A DNA stretch of 64,000 bases from Folioceros fuciformis (lineage: Eukaryota), in contig JBNGIO010005800.1 of assembly GCA_049999805.1 (NCBI GenBank), positions 1 through 64,000 on the forward strand, given 5' to 3'. How positions within the stretch are numbered: position 1 is the stretch's first letter; each line of letters opens with the position of its first letter. Shown piece after piece: positions 1-9,759 of this stretch. The notes under the pieces were generated by a model. It saw nothing but the letters and a program-made list of their open reading frames with translations. It made no database searches and was not told where the DNA came from. The position numbers and the translations under genes were made by a program.

Positions 1-89
1 CTGCAATTGTCTCTTCGACATCCAGTCTCACTGGAATTTCAGGCCTGAGACTCCCAAGGAAGGAGGTAAAATTGGGTGACCACATTAAC

Positions 90-841
90 TCATTTGCCCA
101 ACATTGTTAGCATTTCCAATTTCACTTGTTCTGCCATCTTAGCTGTTTTGTTCTGCTGCCTGTGTCGGTGAACAATGCACTCCAGACAGTTTGTGGGTTG
201 CTGATAAATCTGACCTACAGGTGGGACAGAAAGTGCTGACAATGCTAATTTGTTTGCAAGTAGGTGCGGTTTAAGGATCAAGAGGAACTTTGTATCGAGT
301 GCTAGAAGGTGAGTATCTAAACTCATCAGCTGTGCTGCAATCTTAGACATAGAGTGAATTAAGACCTGAAGTTTGCTCACAACAATATTTTCTCTCTTGT
401 GTTTCGCTCTGTGCTCTTTTGAGTATTGTGGACCCTTGTGTTGATTTTGGACAAAAGATCTTGAATGACGTCTGCCGTGCCTGACCTGAACAGGTGGTGA
501 ATGCCCATAGACTCTGCAATGCTGGCACAAGACTGGACGCGGAGAAAGGGACGGCAGTTGGGTATATTTCTTGCTTGTCGCACCTGAACCCTCAAAATGT
601 GCAACCTCCCTGTTTTGATTGGTGACACCGAAGTTGATGGTCTACAGGTTGCGACTGGATTGGTTCCTCCTGGGCTCTCTTCATCTGAATTGTAGATTGT
701 GACTCAGACGATCGATGCAGGGCTCCATTCGAACCAACTCTCGCAAGAGCAAGAAAAACACCCGATTGCTATCGCATCTCCGCCTCCATCAGCGCCCTGA
801 TCCCGTGCGCTTCAACATTTGCTCGCGCTGCTCTGATACCA
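90..841 (-). mobile_element. Degenerate LTR-retrotransposon 5' internal region (tRNA-iMet PBS plus gag zinc-knuckle remnant)
   Basis: gctctgatacca at 830-841 reads TGGTATCAGAGC (Met-type PBS) on the minus strand. Downstream on that strand, CQHCRVYGH followed by a frameshifted TTC resembles a CX2CX4HX4C knuckle. No intact ORF, and no canonical CA LTR end next to the PBS. Confidence 0.45.
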
Positions 842-2118
842 AGACAAAATAGTAGGGAATCGCATCAGATTAAAATGGATTGTACATTAGCGCTCTGCCA
901 GCAGTCTCTTGTGTATGCAAACTATGACAGACACGTCCTTGGTGCCTGCTGACCTCGTGGTGGTTAGGTCGGCAGATAGGTAACGACTTAACGCTTCAAA
1001 TCTCGTATCGTTTATACTTAACTAACTACGCTACTCTATCGTGCTGCTCTTCAACTGTCCTCCCCACGGTTCCCCTTCCCCACCCGGACTCGCAGTTACC
1101 ATCCTGCTGGTGACCAACCCTTGACAGCCCAACTAATACGAGTGGAAGATCCGAGAGGCCCATGAGCACCACCATTCATCCCTGAACTGATTGTGCCCTC
1201 GACCTCTTCAAGCGCGTGCAAGCTGCCATCACCAGTGAGCAAAGCAATTAAGAATGAAATCCAGTTGCACTCCAGCAAAATTGCTGTTGTCATCAACTCA
1301 GACTCGTTTGAGCAAGATCCAATGCAACCACTGCTACTCAAAGCCGGGCCGGCTCGTCCACCCTTCCTTCTGAGTCACGCAGACCAGCCAGCAAGGCATT
1401 CACAGGTCCTGGAGGCATGGAACGTCGTCAGACATAGATTTCCGCTCCGGGTCTGCACCCGGCGGCTTGTTTGCTTGGCCACGGTAGATTCCTTTCAAGC
1501 CAGCCCACACGCATTCTGCTTCCCTTGGGAGACACCCACGCCTTCCGGCTTGAGAGGGCTTCCCAGCCCGAGTTTTGTTCACGTGTCTTGGTTTTTTTAA
1601 TCCTTTCTCTTGGGATGCAAAAACTAAGACTTAAGTGTAACTTTGTCAATTAACCATTACTTGGGCACTCAGATTTAGTTATGGTATAGTAATGTTGAGT
1701 AATTAAGTATTGTTATCATAATGCTGCAACTTAGAAGTTTGTACAAGAACCACTTTCATCATTTCTCATCGTTCCTCAGCTAAAAAAATAACTTCACCAT
1801 TTTCAAACCATTGAAAGTTCAATGACCAACTACACCACCTCTAGACTTGTAGTACAAAATTGATGAGATTAAGATTCATGTAAAGCATAAAATGACATCA
1901 TAATTTCCCCAATGAACCCGGGATGAGATTAGTATTCATGTATTGCAAACAACACTCTAGAAGTGAAGAGAACTTCAAGCAACAATAGGAAGACTTTTAC
2001 ACACACAAACCCTTTCAAATGAGACTACTTCAAAAATTTTTAAGAATCTCAATATTTCTCGACCAAACTGTAACAGAAAGGGAAAGCTTCCCACATACAT
2101 GCATGGGCTACATTTGGA

Positions 2119-2324
2119 AAGACAGACAAGAGAATCTTAAGCATCCACTTCTAGAATTGAAGACAGACAAGAGAATCTCAAGCATCCACTTCTGGGCTTG
2201 AAGACAGACAAGAGAATCTCAAGCATTCACTTCTTGACTTGAAGACACAAGAGAATCTCAAGCATCCACTTCTGGACTTGAAGATAGACAAGAGAATCTC
2301 AAGCATCCACTTCTGGACTTGAAG
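2119..2324. repeat. 41-bp tandem minisatellite, 5 copies
   Basis: Unit aagacagacaagagaatctcaagcatccacttctggacttg starts at 2119, 2160, 2201, 2242 (2-bp deletion) and 2281. No unique spacers. Confidence 0.95.
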
Positions 2325-2846
2325 TACAAAGGTATGAATGAAATTTTCATGCCAACATATATGAAAAAGGAAAAGAAAGCTCACGCATCAAGCTGTCTTG
2401 ACACTTTTCAAACATAAAGTTTCCAAGAAAGGAAGCTCAAGCATCAAGCCGGTTGACCAAGTCCATCTCCACGTTGAGATGACCGCAGCTGCAGGAAGCC
2501 TTCATTTCGTGATCTAACAGCAAGCTGGTGGAAAATTTCGATTTGTCAGGAGGCTACAGCTTTTGGAGCACTGGAAGCTACAGTTCAGATTATTCCAGAG
2601 AGTTTTTGCACGAACCCGACGACAACTCAGAACGGTCGTGAGCACTCAATCTGGGTTTTGATTTCGTCGTGTGATTGCCTGCTTAGTCCTTCCTGCTTAG
2701 CGAATGCTGCCGCAAGGTTGGTCATTGCTTGGGCTGAGCAACAATCCAATCGGCCTTCCTCACCTTATTTCCCACCATTCGTTGGCACCCAGTAGCCATG
2801 CCATGACTAGTGGTTGGAGACCAGCAACTCCTGATGCATATCCTTT

Positions 2847-3290
2847 CCTGCCCCACAAACAAACATTACAGAGAAGGGTGCGCGACATGGTGGACCACCA
2901 GCGCCTCCACTTCTTCATCTATCCTTACAACATTAACTATCCTGTGACTCAATGGTTCCTGGCTGCCTGTGGTTTCATCCTACTAGCCGTGGTCCGTTTT
3001 TGTCCAATTGCTTGAGCTCCGACCTGCCCCACAGATTACTATTACATACTATTAGATACGTGTCCCATATGGTCCACCAGGGCCTCTACCATCGTAGTCA
3101 TCTATCCTTGGAACAGTGAATTCCTAGCCTGCTGGTGGCTGGCTTGTGTGACTTGAACCTGCTGGCCGTGGTCCAGATTGGGCTGCCCTCCTGCCCCACA
3201 GATAGATACCACAATTGCATACAGAAGGGTGCCCCATATGGTCCACCAGCGCATCGGATTCCCCTTAGTAGTACTCATCTATGATTCCTT
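2847..3290. repeat. Diverged ~170-bp tandem repeat, about 3 copies
   Basis: Blocks cctgccccaca ... atggt(gga)ccaccag ... catctat recur near 2847, 3023 and 3190; gccgtggtcc follows in the first two copies. Confidence 0.7.
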
Positions 3291-3601
3291 GGAAAAGTCC
3301 TGCACCCTGTCAGGTAGGTCCTGGTTACAAGCGTAGACATGGATCTATCTATGGCATACCAAAGGGGACACTCTCTCAATATATATTTTTTAATGCTTTC
3401 CCATGGGGTATCTACCAGAATATTTATTTTTGATGCTTATATTTTTCCTGACCAAATCGGACTCCGCACAAAGGGGACACGAAAAAAATACACCACAACT
3501 CCAGAACTCCAAGGAAACCTCCGGATGAGCTACCGAGAAGGCATGGAGAGATGTCCTAGCTTGGAGAGATATGACTTGGGCTGGGCGAGCCGAAGTGTCC
3601 G

Positions 3602-5130
3602 TTAAAGACATGATAGCTGCTTGATTATCAATGAAAATTGTAACTGACGAAATCCTTGGGATGGAAGCATGATAGCTGCTTGATTATCAATGAAAATTGT
3701 AACTGACGAAATCCTGGGGATGGAAGCAAAGAGGGTGGGCAAGCATGAAATTGCTTTGACCACAGAGAGGAGTTCTGCCTCATAAACCCCATAGTATGTT
3801 TCTAAACCAAAAGATAATTGATGGACAATATCCCCTTTGAAGTAGAAAATAGCCGCGCCCCCGGCATGACCATCCAGAAGAAAACCATCAATGTAAATGA
3901 CAAGGGCATCAAGAGTCAAAAGATGTAGGGAATGTGAGGCAGTAGCAGAAGTGGGTGATTGAAAAATTACGATGGTTGTGGGTAAAGAAAGAGGAGAGGC
4001 CCAGGGAGAGACGAGAACNNNNNNNNNNNNNNNNNNNNNNNNNNNNNNNNNNNNNNNNNNNNNNNNNNNNNNNNNNNNNNNNNNNNNNNNNNNNNNNNNN
4101 NNNNNNNNNNNNNNNNNNTCGAGGAAAAATAGTCTCAATGGCAGTGGAGGTGGGCAATCCTAAAGTGGAGTCAGAGTACTAGGGGAAAGGAGTGTGAGGC
4201 AACTGCGGATAGCATTGTGGTAGCGTTTTTTGTAGTTAGTCGTAGGAAGAAAGACTTGATGGATGGGGTGAGAGGGAGGGCAAGAGACGTTGCGGAGGAG
4301 AGAATGAAGAGAATGGCATTGGAGGCACAACTCCGTGGGCAGAAGAAAAGCTTCAAATTCCAGTGCATTAGTGGAGGTAGTTCGAAACGCACCAGTAATG
4401 GCCCTACAGGCTAGACGTTAGACCCATTGGAGGTGTTGAATGTGTGTACAACCTCCGTTGAACCAGACATTGCAGCCGTAATCGAGCTTGGGCAAGACAA
4501 CACTGATGTATAATTGTCGAAGAAGCTTGGCATTGAGGCCCCAAACTGAATTCCCAAGAGAGATTATAGCTGACAAAGTACGCATGCGTGTTCAAAGTTA
4601 ACTTGGAATCCAAATAGAAGCCCAAAAACCTAATACACTCGGAGGGAGTGATAAGGGAACCATCGGGTAACGAAAGAGTACATTCCTTTGTTGATTCCTT
4701 ACGCTTCAGGGAAAAATGAATAAGTTCAAACTTGTTAGAATCGAACTCCACGAGGTGTGTGGAGGCCCACTCCGATGCCACACGAAGCATAGCCTGAAGT
4801 TTTTTTGTAGACTTTTTGCATGAAGGAGTGGTGACATATGCCCCCGTGTCATTAATCCTTCCTGTGCCACCGCCCATGGTTTGAAGTTGAGTGATGAGAT
4901 CAAAAGTGAAGAATAGTAAAAGAATAGGCGAGATTGGCGAACCCTAGGGTAACCTAAAACTGATGGGAGCAAGAGTGTCATATTGACCATCCAGGCAAAG
5001 TGACGTCGTCCGTTGAGACAGAAAGTGGAAGACCCAATGGATCAGCGGAGTTGGAAGGCCTTTCTGGAGTTGGATCCATAGTAGGAAGGGGAGAGGGGGC
5101 CTGAGCGCATGAACTTGCATGAGCATATAG
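3602..5130 (-). mobile_element. Non-LTR retrotransposon (LINE) fragment: reverse transcriptase plus RNase H, frameshifted
   Basis: RT motifs WVFHFLSQRT, GSPISPILF, FDSNKFELIHFS, IRFLGFYLDSKL and LRQLYISVVLPKLDYGCNVW; RNase H motifs IYIDG...GGAA...VYEAEL...IFIDNQAAI. Contains the N gap 4019-4118 and a 59-bp duplication at 3609-3727. Confidence 0.9.
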
Positions 5131-5695
5131 CTGCATATACCTAGCAGATGGGGGAAGGTGTGTGCATCAGAAGGTAGAAGGCATGCGAAACCCTAAATCC
5201 TGAATGGACGACGAGAGATTTGGCTAGGGTGTTGGGAGGTTTTTTTTCAATCCGAGGAAACGTGTTTCAAGTGGCTTCCACACAAGTTTTTTTCGAATGC
5301 ATCTATCAATTGTCCGGTTTGGTTTTAGCCCTCAAACTCGCGTATGTGCCAAAGGGGACGCATAACCCGTGTGTTTGTGAAAAAACCTAGAGAGAGGGGG
5401 CGTGTCCCCATTGGTATGCCATATCTGCCTGCCCATAACTCGACTTGTTGCGTACCATCCCATGTGTCTCGTTCGTCTAATACATGCANNNNNNNNNNTG
5501 TGTCTCGTTCGTCTAATACATGCATATAGTATGCTTGGGAACTTCGTGGGCAACAACGATGTTATCTGGGCTCTGTTCTGCCGAGAACTTGACTTGTTGC
5601 GTACCATCCCATGTGTCTCGTCCATCTAATACATGCATGCATGTAGTATGCTTGGGAACTTTTTGGGCAACAACGACATTATCTGGGCTCTGTTC

Positions 5696-5884
5696 GTTGC
5701 TCAGTATGGCATAGACCTCTTCGATCAAAGTTGCTCCGTATGGCATAGACCTCTTCTATCAAAGTTGCTCCGTATGGCATACCACTCTTCTGTCAAAGTT
5801 GCTCAGTATGGCATAGACCTCTTCGATCAAAGTTGCTCCGTATGGCATAGACCTCTTCTATCAAAGTTGCTCCGTATGGCATAC
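5696..5884. repeat. 34-bp tandem repeat (about 5.5 copies) containing the TIR motif TATGGCATA
   Basis: Unit gtatggcatagacctcttc(g/t)atcaaagttgctc(c/a) starts at 5704, 5738, 5772, 5806, 5840 and 5874 (partial). It is preceded by a ~130-bp duplication at 5440-5695. Confidence 0.95.
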
Positions 5885-6329
5885 CAAAGGGCATCAAAAG
5901 GAAAAATATAGGCATCAAAAGGGAATATTCGGATAATACCCGTGGAAACCTTATGTAGTGAGAGAGTGTCCCCTTTGATATGCCATAGCTCCGCCCTACT
6001 CGATCATTTCCTTCAAAGCGTGCGCAGCCAGTGGGCGACATTGACTTGTCATTGTTTACGGAAAGATCTAGACTTACATGTCAGAAAGTGACAGTGACGT
6101 GTAGACTTGACTGTACACAACCTGACCGTCTAGGAAGGCTTGCAAAGCAAGCTAGGCATGGCCGAGGAGCGGCGTTGGGCACGCCACTTTTCACGGCGTT
6201 CACAGTTCACGGCCTGGCCTGTGCACAGTAGCGCAGCTGCTGCTGGTTCACTTGCGTGCATACGGCATTGGGTGTTGCTCATGCATCGTATTATGATCAG
6301 TTTGCTGGAAAGGAGAGTCGATGACCAGC

Positions 6330-7420
6330 TCCAACTCTAGATCTCTTCGGTTCCCCATTGACAGGCCCAGGTCTGTTGAATTTTCTGGCAGACAAAAGAG
6401 ATAGTCTGGGCAAGAGCTTGGGCTTCTCAAGCTGGAACGCGAGCGAGGATACCCCGTGAGATTGGACACGGGTTGTTCTGTACCTTCGAGTTTGCTTTCC
6501 ACAGGCTCGATCTTTCGTCGTCCACTCTGACGGCGTGGTATGGGGTGCTGAGCACGCCATTCAATCACTTGCTGCCACAACAAGATCTGGGCAGTCGAGA
6601 GCTGGAGCGGTCTGATTGCAATTCCACTTTGTTCCTCCCCATGGCCAAACTTCCCAGCTCCAGTACCTAAATGCGGGCGGGACCGCATGGTGTAATTATC
6701 TCATCCACAGGTTCGAGGGACTGTGGGAGCTGGTTGCTTTCCCTCTTCCAAACAGTGAATGGGAAGGAGACGACGATTATGAGCCATTCATCACTGAAAG
6801 AGTGGGCCCAACTCAAGACCGTGGACCTGTCTCGTGATTCCTTGGTTGAAAAGATCCCCAGTTTGAAGAGACTTACACGTCTCACCCAACTCTCTGTCGG
6901 CAGGAAGCACCTGATCAGCTGGTATGTTCCCACAGCACCGCTACCCAATCTGCCATACCTGACACTGTCGCGAACCTCACGGATGCCCTCTTCCAGATGT
7001 CCGCTCCAAAGCAGGTGAACGTTCCCAGGAACATAAGCGTCAAGCCCAAGTTTCTTCTTGTCTGCGATCTGCCATGGAACGGTCTGCAGGCCCCCTACCA
7101 TCCGGGTTGACGAATGTAATGTGGCGTACCCGGTCCTGTCTAACACGACTTCTCAGGCCCTAGAGAGATGCTCGTACTTCCCTCTCAAAGTCGGGACGGA
7201 TGGGTGGATCTGCGTGGAAAAGAGTTGAATGGCAGCATTTCTGCCAGTTCGCTATATTAAGGCTCAATGTGTGAACATGTCCAGGAATTCTTCGGTCGCC
7301 AACATAACGACTATACCGGGACACTTGCACTTTCCATCATAGCTCGAGATTTGTGTTTTTCAGCATAAGCTCGGGTGGGTGTACATGCCTCCCGCCGATG
7401 CAGGAGGTAGATTTGGGGTT
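6330..7420 (+). pseudogene. Degenerate plant extracellular LRR (RLP/RLK ectodomain) pseudogene
   Basis: Across frameshifts: LRR N-cap FSSWNASEDTP*DWTRV..C...RLDLSSSTLT, then LRR-like IPSLKRLTRLTQLSVGRKHL, LPNLPYLTLSRT, VNMSRNS and QEVDLG. Several stops. Confidence 0.6.
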
Positions 7421-7799
7421 TTCTTCACAGCTCGGGTGGGGTATTCGATGCACAAGGCACTATCCTTCTCGCTCAAGAATGCTTGGTGCTGTAGTAAGCA
7501 GTAAGCTGCCCCTCCACCAACTCATCTTGATGATGGACAGGAAGGATCGTGGACGAGGTGGAGATGCCCTACCTCCGTCTTCAATGAACCCGAACGAAAA
7601 CATCCAGCAATGCCAGGTGGGTGCCTACAGCATTCCTGCTCACACCCTTCTGCATCCATGCTGCACCTCAAGTCCTGTATTTCTGAAGAGTCTGAACACC
7701 AGGTGCCAAGCAAGTCTTTGCAAAATGATCCGAGCAGTTGTCCACATCTGCGGTGTTGCCCAAGCTTCTAAGATACTGAAGACATCGAATGCCATGACG

Positions 7800-8756
7800 T
7801 CAAGTTTGCAGAGGTAACAATTGCAGAGTTCTGGAGAAGAGAAGTTGGCTGCCCACGATTCCAGCAATAATACAAGAGAGGACCGATGTACCTAGCCCTA
7901 CATTAAGCATTTGAATCTGCAGCTGCACAGCATCCAGAGGAGGTGTGCCCCCAAGGATCATCCCTGTCATGACACCAGGCATAGAGACCAGACCCATGGT
8001 CTTCAGAGCATCGAGCTGAGGAGCCAAGCCCAGGGCCAGAGCTCTCTTCACGTAGGGCTGGATGGCCTGCTGGGGAGTTGCACCCAAGGCGAGGGCAACC
8101 TCAATCTGAGACAGACGGCACCATCTATCACTGAAAAACGCAGGGAGAAGAGGACCATGTACATGCAAGCTGCAGATGAGTGAAGTCCCACAAACCTGCT
8201 TTTCATGGGTGGACACTTCGTGATGGAGGGTATCCAGAGTCATGCCAACCATGATCATGGCCATCCCGAGGAAGTGAGCTACGGCTGGAACAACAAAGCC
8301 CACTGAACGAGGGAACACGTGCAGCGCCACCGTACATGCCACTGGGAACAGCGAACCCAACGTCAAGGACACCACCCCGACCAGATGGCTTTTAGGAAAC
8401 TTGGAAGCTCTTTCACCAACAATATGGCCAGCCACCAGGACCTGTAGAGTCACTCAATGTCATGAAAACCCGGAACAGGAGTTGTCAGCACCTAACAAGG
8501 AAGCTGTCCATCCCATTTGCTTGCTCCAACGCCTCACCATGGCAAGCACGGACAGCGCACTCAACACTCTGCGATCTCCATCCAGCATGTACTTCAAAGA
8601 AGAGGAAAGAATCAGCAGCTGTGCTGTGCTCCGGGCCACGGCCACCTTGATGTCCTCCTCAAGACCTGTCTTCAACATGATGGACACCGTGACAGCCAGA
8701 GCCACTGGCGCGGCACCAGCCACGAAGGAGCTCCAAGCCGAGGGCGACAGCAGCAT
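7800..8756 (-). CDS. ALS3: ALS3/STAR2-like UPF0014 (FetB-type) ABC permease, 3 exons
   Basis: Exons ~8756-8538, 8441-8196 and 8105-7800 with GT-AG introns of 96 and 90 nt. Motifs GLE.DI.VAV.R...QL, IEVALALGATPQQA and KTMGLVSMPGVMTGMILGGTPPLDAVQLQI. First ATG at 8756; start not certain. Confidence 0.85.
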
Positions 8757-9759
8757 CTGTCGCGCATTCCGTATGGCCACAACCTAATTGTGGTTCCCAC
8801 AAAGGAAGCAGAGTGTCAATCAAGCCCTTCCCGGCCATCCGTACTCATCAGGACCAGAGCCAGACTCCAACACGAAGAATCGACTGTGCAGAACAGACTC
8901 ACCATCGAAGCCTCCACAGCCGATGTCGCCGGTACTAGTGGCACGCATGCCCGATTCCGGCCGCTCGAAGGCCTGCCCCGGGACACCAAAACCTTCCATG
9001 TCACATGGCCTTGCCTCCAAGACGAAGATAGTCTTGCTGCTACAACCGAAGAGCAGGGCCAGGTTGCCACATCCGCCATAGCCGGCCAGAAGTCATTCGC
9101 TTCGGCCAACCGCTTGGTTTGTGAAATTCTTGCTCAAATGCTGAGCGTTGAGACCTCAGATCAGAGTCGTGGAAAGCGGCACATACCCCTCGTCGAATTT
9201 TCCGTCGTTGGTATTGGTAGCCTGTTTGACACATACGTAGCTCGCCTGTACTAATGAGTACCATGTGATGTGATCACTAGGAAAAAGATTAACAGCCTTT
9301 AAGAGTTCATGGCAGTATGCCAAGGTACATGCTAATCCCTTCTCAAGAGCAACTATGGAGACTGGAGGAAGAAATAGCACTTGCAGTTGTGCATCTCCAA
9401 ATGCCAGAGGCCTTCGCAAAATCAGTAAAAGCTGGCTTGACCGACGAGGAGGAGAAGCTCGCGGAGACCACCGAGTTTCCTACACTCGGAAGTGCGAAAC
9501 GAGGGTTTCACGAGGTCATAGTAGAGTCCTCGCGAGCAGAGGAGACAGGCCAGGCTAGCCGATGCCCTAAAACGCTGTTTATTTTAACCTAAGCCTCCAT
9601 GGCCGGCTGCAACCCTTGTACGACCTCCACAAGGGACATTGCAATGAGAAGAGAAGTTCTCTTGCACTGCATCGAAGAGAAGTGAAGGGTTCCTGACCTT
9701 CTTGCTCGTCTTCATCAAAAAGGCGGTAGGCTGGATAGAAGACTGGTCAGTCTGTTCGT

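Larger units (their letters stand above)
3349..5988. mobile_element. Non-autonomous long-TIR (MULE/foldback-like) DNA element with internal repeats and a nested LINE fragment
   Basis: ctatggcataccaaaggggacactctctca (3349-3378) matches the reverse complement of 5959-5988 at 29/30 positions, and weaker inverted similarity continues about 70 bp inward. Partial TIR motifs recur internally (~3470, ~5345, ~5400 inverted, 5696-5884). No TSD found. Confidence 0.65.

Noticed and set aside
1096-1650. ORFs at 1096-1341 and 1193-1600
   Set aside because: No convincing family motif; they lie among TE remnants.
2119-2324. 41-bp repeats (and the 34-bp repeats at 5696-5884) as a CRISPR array
   Set aside because: Units are contiguous with no unique spacers, there are no cas genes, and the context is eukaryotic.
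8788-9600. ORFs between ALS3 and the receptor kinase (8517-9254, 9317-9592)
   Set aside because: No recognisable motif or consistent exon model; they may be debris or UTR.
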